Below, in pieces: positions 30,709-38,430 of a stretch of 43,018 nucleotides of DNA. The position numbers were made by a program, and so were the translations under genes. Within the stretch, counting starts at the first letter, position 1; every line of letters begins with the position of its first letter. This stretch comes from Gammaproteobacteria bacterium. Lineage in GTDB: Bacteria; Pseudomonadota; Gammaproteobacteria; Natronospirales; REEB76. Location of the stretch: the NCBI GenBank assembly GCA_028871235.1, contig JAGWNO010000001.1:1-43018 (forward strand), given 5' to 3'. Below the pieces are notes generated by a model. That model searched no databases. It had not been told where the DNA came from and saw only the letters and a program-made list of their open reading frames with translations.

Positions 30709-31109
30709 CTTTCCAGCTTGCCCACGTCTACATCGTCCAGGTCATGGGAATAGTCCGTGGCCAGTACGCGCCGCGCCTCGGCGGCATCGGCGCACAGCAC
30801 GCGCAGCTTGATGCCGCCGAGAGCGATGGCGTACAGCCAATCCATCTGCACCATGTGATCGTCGAACAGCGTTGCCTGGATGCCTTCCGCCGCCAGACGT
30901 CCCAGGACGATGTGTGCGTCGGTGATCCTGTCGAAAGTGGCGATGGTGACGTAGTCGTCCACGCCGGGACGCGGGTCTGCGGCGCTGTCCCAGTCATGTG
31001 ACCCGGGGTCACGCAGGGCGCAGGCCGCGCACAGGTACCGCAGGGATGCCGAAAACCATTGGCGGGCGGAGGCTACCGACAAGCTTGGCTGTCTTTCCCG
31101 GTGGGGCAT
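30705..31109 (-). CDS. DUF2007-type putative signal-transducing protein (start uncertain: ATG 31109 or GTG 30962)
   Basis: The C-terminal 80 aa (DDYVTIATFDRITDAHIVLGRLAAEGIQATLFDDHMVQMDWLYAIALGGIKLRVLCADAAEARRVL) fit the DUF2007 pattern. The N-terminal 49 aa are low-complexity and may not be translated. Confidence 0.7.
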   Translation of the reverse strand: MPHRERQPSLSVASARQWFSASLRYLCAACALRDPGSHDWDSAADPRPGVDDYVTIATFDRITDAHIVLGRLAAEGIQATLFDDHMVQMDWLYAIALGGIKLRVLCADAAEARRVLATDYSHDLDDVDVGKLES

Positions 31110-31164
31110 GCCGCGCAGCGGCGTTCACCGCATTAAAGCACAAAACGGCAAGGCCGGCGGGGAC

Positions 31165-31199
31165 AAAAAAACCCCGGCGGAAGGGGGGTACCGCCGGGG
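31165..31199 (-). terminator. Rho-independent terminator, minus-strand orientation
   Basis: A 9-bp GC stem pairs CCCCGGCGG (31172-31180) with CCGCCGGGG (31191-31199), with a 10-nt loop. On the minus strand it is followed by U7 (plus-strand A-run 31165-31171). No minus-strand CDS lies upstream of it, because pip (from 31464) is on the plus strand. Confidence 0.75.
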
Positions 31200-31330
31200 C
31201 AAAGCCTTCATGGCTGGAGGTGATTGAGTGCTACTCACTTCATTAAGGGTGCGGCGTCCTTGCGTGTCCTGCCTCACCCCGGTCCTGAGTACATCCCTGT
31301 CCCGCCATTCCCTGGCGGCTCAGGCAGGTG
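31165..31330 (-). ncRNA. Candidate Csr/Rsm-family (CsrA/RsmA-titrating) small RNA; 5' end approximate
   Basis: The minus strand carries six GGA motifs within 55 nt (plus-strand TCC at 31257, 31267, 31283, 31294, 31300, 31309). One sits in a 5-nt hairpin loop: CCGCCA-GGGAA-TGGCGG (31318-31302). One, GGACAGGGAUGU (31302-31291), matches 11/12 of the CsrA SELEX consensus RUACARGGAUGU. It ends at a strong intrinsic terminator and has a GacA-box-like palindrome upstream. The only ORF in it is a junk-like 48-aa frame. Confidence 0.5.
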
Positions 31331-31382
31331 CTAATCTGCCATGCACGTCGTGCCGGTACAGTCAGGCTGGCGCGAGACCGCA

Positions 31383-31400
31383 TGTAGGGAAAGGCTTACA
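31383..31400 (-). promoter_or_regulatory. GacA/UvrY-box-like upstream activating sequence (TGTAAG-N6-CCTACA)
   Basis: The minus strand reads TGTAAGcctttcCCTACA, against the consensus TGTAAG-N6-CTTACA (one mismatch, correct 6-nt spacing). It is centred about 65 nt upstream of the first GGA-bearing hairpin. Confidence 0.5.
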
Positions 31401-31463
31401 CGCAGGTGCTTTGAGCATCCATTTGCTTTAAAACTGTTCCCCTAATCCCCAGAGCAGGCCGTC

Positions 31464-32420
31464 ATGCGGGACTTCTATCCGCCCCTGGACCCGTTTCGTA
31501 CCCACATCCTGCCGGTAGAAGCTCCCCACGAGCTCTATGTGGAGGAATGCGGCAATCCCGCCGGCTTGCCGGTGGTATTCGTGCACGGTGGTCCCGGCGG
31601 CGGTTGTAACGCCGACAGCCGGCGGTTCTTCGATCCGGTTCGCTACCGCATCGTGCTGTTCGACCAGCGCGGCTGCGGCCGGTCGCGCCCGCATGCGGAG
31701 CTTACGCACAACACCACCCAGGCATTGGTGGCGGACATGGAACATATACGTACCGCGCTTGGTATCGAACGCTGGCTGGTGTTCGGTGGTTCCTGGGGTT
31801 CGACGCTGGGGCTGGTGTATGCCGAGACCCATCCGCAGCGCGTGCTGGGGCTCATCCTGCGCGGTATCTTCCTGAGCACCCGCGAGGAGCTGGACTGGTT
31901 TTACCAGGGCGGCATCCGCCATCTGTTCCCTGATTATTTCTCGGAGTTCACCGCGCTCATTCCCGAGGACGGACGCCGGCGGCTGCTGCATGCTTATTAT
32001 CAGCAACTCACCAGCCCGGATGAGGCGTTGCGCCGCCGGGCCGCCGAAGCCTGGTCTTTGTTCGAGGTGCGCTGTTCGACGCTGCTGCCCAACGAGGCGA
32101 TGCTGGATCACATTTCCGAGCCGGACATCGCCATGGCCGTGGCGCGGCTGGAGTGTCACTATTTCGTGAACGACTGTTTTCTTGCTCCCGATCAGATTAT
32201 CCGTGACATCGACCGCATCCGTCACATCCCCGGTGTCATTATCCAGGGGCGCTATGATGTGGTGTGTCCCGCGGCCGCCGCCTGGCGGCTGAAACAGGCC
32301 TGGCCGGAAGCGGAACTCAGGTTCATCGCCGATGCAGGCCATGCGGCCAGCGAGCCCGGCAACCGTTCTGCCCTCATCGAGGCCACTGATGCGTACGCGT
32401 CAAGCCTGGGCCGGAAATGA
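31464..32420 (+). CDS. pip: Prolyl aminopeptidase (proline iminopeptidase)
   Basis: 318 aa: [11 protein letters not shown]...[10 protein letters not shown]...DQRGCGRS...GGSWGSTL (nucleophile GxSxG) ...GRYDVVCP. Confidence 0.93.
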   Translation: MRDFYPPLDPFRTHILPVEAPHELYVEECGNPAGLPVVFVHGGPGGGCNADSRRFFDPVRYRIVLFDQRGCGRSRPHAELTHNTTQALVADMEHIRTALGIERWLVFGGSWGSTLGLVYAETHPQRVLGLILRGIFLSTREELDWFYQGGIRHLFPDYFSEFTALIPEDGRRRLLHAYYQQLTSPDEALRRRAAEAWSLFEVRCSTLLPNEAMLDHISEPDIAMAVARLECHYFVNDCFLAPDQIIRDIDRIRHIPGVIIQGRYDVVCPAAAAWRLKQAWPEAELRFIADAGHAASEPGNRSALIEATDAYASSLGRK

Positions 32421-32887
32421 TCGGATTGTTACAGCGGGTCAGTCAGGCTGCGGTGACGGTGAACGACCGCGAGGTGGCTGCCATTGGCCGGGGTTTGCTG
32501 GTGTTCGTGGGCGTGGAACGTGGCGACGCCGAATTGCAGGCGGAGCGGCTGCTGGAACGGTTGCTGGCTTATCGGGTGTTCCCTGATGAGGCGGGGCACA
32601 TGAACCGCGACGTCCGCGCCAGCGGCGGCGGCCTGCTGCTGGTGCCGCAGTTCACGCTGGCGGCGGACACGCGCAAGGGTAACCGGCCGAGTTTCACGCT
32701 GGCGGCGCCGCCACAGGAAGGGGCACAGCTGTTCAGCTATCTGTGCCGGCGCGCGGCGAGCATCCATGCGGAAACCCGCTGTGGTGTATTCGGCGCAGAT
32801 ATGCGGGTCGCGCTGGTGAACGATGGCCCGGTAACCTTCTGGTTACAGGTGGCGCCGGCCAGTGCGAAACAGCGCTTGCAGCTTTAA
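32417..32887 (+). CDS. dtd: D-aminoacyl-tRNA deacylase
   Basis: 156 aa: [15 protein letters not shown]...[12 protein letters not shown]...[21 protein letters not shown]...NDGPVTF. The start overlaps the pip stop (ATGA 32417-32420). Confidence 0.93.
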   Translation: MIGLLQRVSQAAVTVNDREVAAIGRGLLVFVGVERGDAELQAERLLERLLAYRVFPDEAGHMNRDVRASGGGLLLVPQFTLAADTRKGNRPSFTLAAPPQEGAQLFSYLCRRAASIHAETRCGVFGADMRVALVNDGPVTFWLQVAPASAKQRLQL

Positions 32888-33139
32888 GCCCATCATCTAT
32901 GCTATGTATACGGTTGTGGATTCCCGTTGTTCCGTTACCACGGCGGCCTACTCTAAATATATAAAGCGTAAAGCGTCCGGTATCAAACCAGCACCGCAAG
33001 CCGCCATACCCGGTTTTCCACAGTCATCACACCGCCATGTGTCCTGTCATTCACGCCGCCTGCCAGAACGAAGCCGTGAGCGCATCGCGGTGGCGGCCGA
33101 ACCGCGTCCATACATGAGCACAGCCGAGGGATACCCGCC

Positions 33140-33883
33140 ATGCTGCTGATACCTGCGATCGAGCTCAAGAGCGGCAAGTGCATGTTTCCGCATTCGGCGC
33201 GGGCACGGGAAGTCATGGCCTATACCGGTGATCCGGTGGTGGTGGCCAGGCAGTGGGTCAAGGCGGGTGCCCGCCGCCTGCATGTGGTGGATATGGATGG
33301 CGCCCAATCCGGCAAGCCGGCGAATGCGGCGGCGATCCACGCCATCGTGGCGGCCTGCCCGGGCATACCCGTGCAGGTGAGCGGCGGCATCCGCAGCGAC
33401 GAGACGGTGGCGAGCTATTTCGAGGCGGGGGTGAGCTACGTGGTGTTGGGCACCAAGGCGGTGACCGCGCCGCACTTCGTGAACGACCTGTGTCTCGAGT
33501 ATCCGGGCCATGTCATCGTGGGACTTGATGCCCGGGATGGCAGGGTAGCAACGGAAGGCTGGTCAAAACTCGCCAATCATGACGTCCTGGATGCGGCCGA
33601 ACATTTTCAGCGCGAGGGCGCGGCGGCCATTCTCTACAATGATTTCGGCAGCAACGACAATGCTGATGGTCTCCACGTGAAGGCCACGCTGGCATTGGCG
33701 CACGCCATCACCATCCCGGTGATTACTGCCGGCGAGATGGCTTCGCTGCTTGCGGTGAAAAAACTCTGCGAGGCGGGCGGCAGCGTCCTGGAGGGAGCCA
33801 TCCTCGGCCGCGCCCTGTACGAAGGCAGGCTGGATTTCGCCAAGGCACAGGAACTCGCCGATAGTTTGAGTCCCCGCAGCTGA
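33140..33883 (+). CDS. HisA-family (ProFAR isomerase-like) TIM-barrel protein, divergent paralogue
   Basis: 247 aa, collinear with HisA (LHVVDMDGA, PVQVSGGIRS, VVLGTKAV, IVGLDARDGRVATEGWS, GAILGRALYEG). The N-terminal catalytic Asp is replaced by Glu (IPAIELKSG). The YTDI.RDG motif is replaced by YNDFGSNDNADG. ASGG is replaced by TAGE. Confidence 0.8.
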   Translation: MLLIPAIELKSGKCMFPHSARAREVMAYTGDPVVVARQWVKAGARRLHVVDMDGAQSGKPANAAAIHAIVAACPGIPVQVSGGIRSDETVASYFEAGVSYVVLGTKAVTAPHFVNDLCLEYPGHVIVGLDARDGRVATEGWSKLANHDVLDAAEHFQREGAAAILYNDFGSNDNADGLHVKATLALAHAITIPVITAGEMASLLAVKKLCEAGGSVLEGAILGRALYEGRLDFAKAQELADSLSPRS

Positions 33884-34074
33884 CCGTCCGCGGCCGCAGT
33901 CCGGTTCCATCTCCATGCCGGAGTCGGATTGGCACTGCTGGCGGCGCGCTCCGGTTTCCCCGGGCGCAGGGAATAAAAACCATCCGATGGAGGTAAAATA
34001 CCCCGGACACCGCCCTTCTGGCAGGTGCTTTGCGGGCTCCGTCTTTCCCTTTCCCGGAGCCGCGGGAGCGTTTC

Positions 34075-34269
34075 ATGGAACTCAGTGTTGGCAAGATTCT
34101 GTTGATCCTCGTCATCGTGGTGCTGGTATTCGGTACCGCCCGACTGCCGAAAATCGGCGAGGACCTGGGCAAAGCCTTTCGCAGCTTCAAGAAGTCCTTG
34201 CACGAAGGCGAGAGCGAGCCGTCCGCCAAGGATGCCGGCAAGAAACCCGATTCAGATACGACCCGCTGA
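34075..34269 (+). CDS. tatA: Twin-arginine translocase subunit TatA
   Basis: 64 aa from [42 protein letters not shown] (TM helix, hinge FG, amphipathic helix). A GGGAG Shine-Dalgarno at 34064-34068 supports this start over the ATG at 34030. Confidence 0.9.
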   Translation: MELSVGKILLILVIVVLVFGTARLPKIGEDLGKAFRSFKKSLHEGESEPSAKDAGKKPDSDTTR

Positions 34270-34281
34270 CGATCTTTCCCG

Positions 34282-34584
34282 ATGTTAGAAGGAAGCTTCT
34301 GGGAGCTGGCGCTGATATTCGTGCTGGCGCTGGTGGTGTTCGGTCCCGAACGCCTGCCGGGTCTGGCGCACGCCATTGGACGGTGGGTCGGCCGGGCGCG
34401 CGCGGTAGTTCGCAATCTGAGCGAGCAGATCGATCGCGAACTGGCCGTCGAGGAAATCCGCAAGACAGCCGCTGCCGCGCGCCATGCTGTACGCGATCCG
34501 CTCAAGGACGGCACCGGCGCAGCGGGTGACACGGCAGCGGCGGACGCGCCAGGTACGGTGAAGCGTGACCCCGACGCCAGATAA
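34282..34584 (+). CDS. tatB: Twin-arginine translocase subunit TatB
   Basis: 100 aa: MLEGSFWELALIFVLALVVFGPERLPGLAHAIGRWVGRAR, the TatB-type N-terminus. It lies between tatA and tatC. Confidence 0.85.
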   Translation: MLEGSFWELALIFVLALVVFGPERLPGLAHAIGRWVGRARAVVRNLSEQIDRELAVEEIRKTAAAARHAVRDPLKDGTGAAGDTAAADAPGTVKRDPDAR

Positions 34585-35356
34585 CACGCCCGGCGAATCG
34601 CTCATCAGCAGTTCGCTGATCGTTCACTTGCTGGAATTGCGCCGCCGCCTGCTGCAGTGGGTGGCGACGCTGCTGGTGATGTTCTTTATCCTGTTTCCAT
34701 TCCAGAACAGGGTTTTCGAATTTGTGGCGCTGCCCATGATAAAGCGCCTGCCGGCGGGTTCCAGCATGATTGCCACCGGCGTGGTCTCGCCGTTCATGAC
34801 GCCCATGAAACTGGTGCTGATCGTGGCGCTGTTCCTGAGCATGCCGGTATTCCTCTATCACCTGTGGCGCTTCATCTCGCCGGCCTTGTACAAGAACGAG
34901 CGGCGCATGTTCCTGCCGTTGCTGGTCTCCAGTGTGTTGCTGTTCTACAGCGGAGTGGCCTTCGCCTATTTCGTGCTGTTCCCGGTGGCATTCGCCTTCC
35001 TCACCGCCGCGGCACCCGCGGGCGTGAAGGTGATGACCGACATCAACGCTTATCTGGATTTTGTACTCACTATCTTTTTCGCCTTCGGCCTGGCTTTCGA
35101 GGTACCGGTGGCCATCGTGCTGGTGGTGTGGGCGGGGTTCACCACGCCCGGCAAACTGGGCAAGCTGCGTCCCTATGCGCTGGTAGGGGCGTTCATCGTG
35201 GGCATGATCCTGTCGCCGCCGGATGTGGTGTCCATGACGCTGCTGTCAGTGCCGGTCTATCTCCTGTACGAACTTGGCATGATCCTGGCGCGTATCCTCG
35301 TGCCGGTTCCTCGGGAAGTGGATGTGCAAAACAAAGGCCGGGAGCACGGTGCCTGA
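34565..35356 (+). CDS. tatC: Twin-arginine translocase subunit TatC
   Basis: 263 aa with a GTG start and 6 TM segments. Motifs: HLLELRRRL, SPFMTPMKL, ISPALYKNER, LSPPDVVS. Confidence 0.93.
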   Translation: MTPTPDNTPGESLISSSLIVHLLELRRRLLQWVATLLVMFFILFPFQNRVFEFVALPMIKRLPAGSSMIATGVVSPFMTPMKLVLIVALFLSMPVFLYHLWRFISPALYKNERRMFLPLLVSSVLLFYSGVAFAYFVLFPVAFAFLTAAAPAGVKVMTDINAYLDFVLTIFFAFGLAFEVPVAIVLVVWAGFTTPGKLGKLRPYALVGAFIVGMILSPPDVVSMTLLSVPVYLLYELGMILARILVPVPREVDVQNKGREHGA

Positions 35357-35477
35357 GCACGGTCCGGTACCTGTCCGGGCACTGTCCGGTGGTGTCGTAA
35401 ACCCGTTTCCCCGTTGACTGATGTCCCCAAACCCTGGATGCTGTGGCGCCATTGTGCCCTGCGTCATTCCGAGGTGA

Positions 35478-36998
35478 ATGGTGGCATCAACCGAGACCAT
35501 GCCCGCCGGCCGGAAAATGCTGTTTGGCCATCCCATCGGGCTGTACACGCTGTTTTTCACCGAGATGTGGGAGCGCGCCAGCTACTACGGCAACCGCGCC
35601 CTGCTGGTGTTGTTCCTGGTGGATGCCATAAACAACCACCGCGGTGGCCTGGGGATCACCACCGAGAATGCCACCGCCATTTATGGCCTGTACACCGGAT
35701 GTGTATATCTCATGACGCTGGTGGGCGGCTGGGTGGCCGACCGGCTCCTCGGCCAGCAGCGCTCCGTCTGGTACGGCGGCATCTTCATCGCCCTCGGCAA
35801 CGCCATCCTCGCCATCCCCGCCGGCGGGCTGCCGCTGGTGTTCGTCGGCCTCACGGTCATCATCCTGGGCACCGGGCTGCTCAAGCCCAATGTCAGCGTC
35901 ATCGTCGGGCAACTGTATCCGGAGGGCGGGGTGAGTCGCGACTCCGGCTTCTCGATCTTCTACAGCGGCATCAACCTGGGCGCGTTCCTGGGGCCGATTT
36001 TCGCCAGCTATTTCGGTGAACGTTACAACTGGCATTACGGATTTCTGGTGGCCAGCATCGGCATGCTGCTGGGGCTTTTCCAATATCGCCTGATGCGGCC
36101 CTACCTGGGCGGCGCCGGACTGACCGCATACCACAGCGGCGATGCCTCCCGGGATGCGGTGGTGCGCCGTCGCGGCTGGCAGACCGTGGGCGGCGGCCTG
36201 CTGGCGTTGGTCGTCATCGCGTTCCTGCTGGATATCGGCGCACTGCGCTTTGACATCGTGTGGCTGGCCAGCGCCATCAGCGTGTTCATCTTCGCGCTGG
36301 CGGTGGCGTATTTCGCCTATGTGCTGAGGTTCGGTGGATTGGACGCGACGGAAAAGAAGCAGGTGGTCGTCATCTTCCTGCTGTTCCTGGGCGCCGCGGT
36401 ATTCTGGTCCGGTTTCGAGCAGGCCGGTTCATCGCTCAACATCTTCGCCGCGGATTACACGCGCCGCACGTTCTTCGGTTTCGAGATCCCGGCGGGCTGG
36501 TTCCAGATTATCAATCCGTGGTTCATCATCATTCTGGCGCCGGTGTTCGGCCACCTGTGGGTGGTGCTCGCCCGGCGCAACCTGAATCCGTCCGTGCCGT
36601 TGAAATTCGGATTGGGTCTGGTGCAGCTGGGACTGGGATTCCTGGTCATGGTGTTCGCCGCGAAGGTTGCGGTGACCGGCGACAAGGCCCTGCCCACCTG
36701 GCTCATCATCACCTACCTGCTGCATACCACCGCCGAACTGTGCCTGAGTCCTGTAGGGCTCAGTGCGGTCACCAAGCTGGCGCCGGCGCGTTACCTCAGC
36801 CAGATGATGGGGACCTGGTTCCTGGCGGATTCGCTCGGCAGCGTCATGGCGGGCCTGGCGGCGGGACGCTTCAACCCGCAGGACCTGCATGAGATGCCAA
36901 GGCTGTTCCTGCAGATCGTCTATATCACCGTGGGGGCCGGCATCCTGTTTTTCATATTCAGCAAACCGATGCGCAAGCTCATCGGCAACGTCCAGTGA
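35478..36998 (+). CDS. POT/PTR2-family proton-dependent di-/tripeptide transporter
   Basis: 506 aa with the PTR2 signatures FFTEMWERASYYGNRALLVLFL and GGWVADRLLGQQRSVWYGG, and FYSGINLGAF. In-frame alternative starts lie at 35499 and 35517. Confidence 0.9.
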   Translation: MVASTETMPAGRKMLFGHPIGLYTLFFTEMWERASYYGNRALLVLFLVDAINNHRGGLGITTENATAIYGLYTGCVYLMTLVGGWVADRLLGQQRSVWYGGIFIALGNAILAIPAGGLPLVFVGLTVIILGTGLLKPNVSVIVGQLYPEGGVSRDSGFSIFYSGINLGAFLGPIFASYFGERYNWHYGFLVASIGMLLGLFQYRLMRPYLGGAGLTAYHSGDASRDAVVRRRGWQTVGGGLLALVVIAFLLDIGALRFDIVWLASAISVFIFALAVAYFAYVLRFGGLDATEKKQVVVIFLLFLGAAVFWSGFEQAGSSLNIFAADYTRRTFFGFEIPAGWFQIINPWFIIILAPVFGHLWVVLARRNLNPSVPLKFGLGLVQLGLGFLVMVFAAKVAVTGDKALPTWLIITYLLHTTAELCLSPVGLSAVTKLAPARYLSQMMGTWFLADSLGSVMAGLAAGRFNPQDLHEMPRLFLQIVYITVGAGILFFIFSKPMRKLIGNVQ

Positions 36999-37378
36999 GC
37001 ATGGGGATGGCGTCATGAAACCGCGCGGCGCGGTTCTCAAACTAGAGAGACCTATTTATAAGCACCACGATTGATCTCCCGCAAGTCGCCTCAAGGCCGT
37101 GCTTCCCACCTGCCCGCTGTTACCACCATCCGCGAAGCACCGCCGGGTGAATGGGGGGTGTTGATACCCGTTGCGCTCATCTATGCATTGCCCTGCGTCG
37201 CTGTGCGGCGTGCGCGGCTGCGACAGTTGAGGGCTTGAAGAGTGTGGAATTGGGATTGACGATGAGCTGCGGATTTTACCGGACGCATGGGAACAAATCG
37301 GGCCGCGTTGTTCACGCGGCGCGGGGCCGCCGCGTGTAGAATGAGCGCCCTTCCGGCCCACCCTGCCCAGGAATTTTC

Positions 37379-38308
37379 ATGAGCACCGACGCCCGCCACC
37401 GCCTGCAGCTGGTGGCGGCATTCGCAGTGGTGTACGTGGTGTGGGGTTCCACCTACCTCGGCATCCGCATCGGCGTACAGGACCTGCCCCCGGCGCTGCT
37501 GGCTGGCGTGCGCAACGCCATCGCCGGGCTGGTGCTGGCCATCATCGCCCGGTCGCGGGGTCAGCCGTTGCCGGTGAATCCGCGCGACTGGCTGCATGCT
37601 TGCGTGCTGGGCGTGCTGCTGGTGACCCTCGGTAACGGCTTGGTCACCTGGAGCGAGCAATGGGTGCAGTCCAATCAAGCGGCCCTGATCGCCACCACTT
37701 CGGCGCTGTGGATCGCCTGGTTCGGCACCTTCGGACCCAGGGGCCATGTGCTCACGCCGCGCGCCAAACTCGGGCTGGTGATCGGCTTCGCCGGCGCCTT
37801 GCTGATGCTGCTGCCGGGCCGGCATTTCTCCTTCGATCATTTCAATGCACAACTGGTGATCCTGTTCTCCACCCTGTGCTGGGGGCTGGGCGCCATTTAT
37901 GGACGCAGCGTCACAGTCGGTGTGCAGCCGCTCATGCAGTCCGCCATGATGCTGTTCACCGGCGGTACGCTGCTGGTGATCCTCGGCTGCGCGGACGGCG
38001 AGGCGGCGCACTGGCACTGGAGCGTGCGCGGTATCGGCGCGCTCGCCTACCTCACCGTGTTCGGTTCCTGCCTCGCTTATACCACCTACATGTGGCTGCT
38101 GCGGCACACCACTCCCGACAAGCTCGGCACCATCGCCTATGTGAACCCGGCCATCGCGCTGATCCTCGGCTGGCTGGTGCTGGGAGAACGGGTGGCGGGC
38201 GTGCGGCTGGTGGGGATGCTGGTGATACTGGTGGGCGTGATTCTCGTCACTACCCGCTTCGGTAAGCGCGTGAAGCTTCTGACGGTGCCTGAAAATGAAC
38301 AGAGCTAG
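37379..38308 (+). CDS. EamA/DMT-family transporter (YedA/PecM-like)
   Basis: 309 aa with 10 TM segments as two EamA repeats: VVWGSTYLGIRIG in the first and AYVNPAIALILGWLVLGERV in the second. Confidence 0.85.
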   Translation: MSTDARHRLQLVAAFAVVYVVWGSTYLGIRIGVQDLPPALLAGVRNAIAGLVLAIIARSRGQPLPVNPRDWLHACVLGVLLVTLGNGLVTWSEQWVQSNQAALIATTSALWIAWFGTFGPRGHVLTPRAKLGLVIGFAGALLMLLPGRHFSFDHFNAQLVILFSTLCWGLGAIYGRSVTVGVQPLMQSAMMLFTGGTLLVILGCADGEAAHWHWSVRGIGALAYLTVFGSCLAYTTYMWLLRHTTPDKLGTIAYVNPAIALILGWLVLGERVAGVRLVGMLVILVGVILVTTRFGKRVKLLTVPENEQS

Positions 38309-38430
38309 TTGCTGTCCTGGGCGCGCAGCGGTCAGCTCTGAACCGGCTTGACCGGAATCCAGGAACGTCCGCGTAATCCCCCGCCTTTCCAGCGGGAGAG
38401 GGGCAGCCGCTGGCGGGGCGACGCCCCGCG

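Noticed and set aside
31200-31440. Alternative identities for the structured region: SRP (4.5S) RNA, 6S RNA, RNase P RNA, tmRNA, or a 48-aa peptide (minus-strand ATG at 31382-31380)
   Set aside because: It has no GGUCCGGAAGGAAGCAGCC-type SRP domain IV motif and no RNase P CR-I (AGGAAAGUCCGGGC) or tmRNA/tRNA-like ends. It also lacks a long 5'/3' closing helix with a central bubble as in 6S RNA. The 48-aa frame translates to Arg/Gly/Cys-rich junk without a Shine-Dalgarno. A leader/attenuator role for the DUF2007 gene cannot be fully excluded and is noted in the finding.
31428-32342. 304-aa minus-strand ORF
   Set aside because: It is antisense to pip, which has unambiguous proline iminopeptidase motifs. 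It is therefore not a candidate for the transcript ended by the terminator at 31165-31199.
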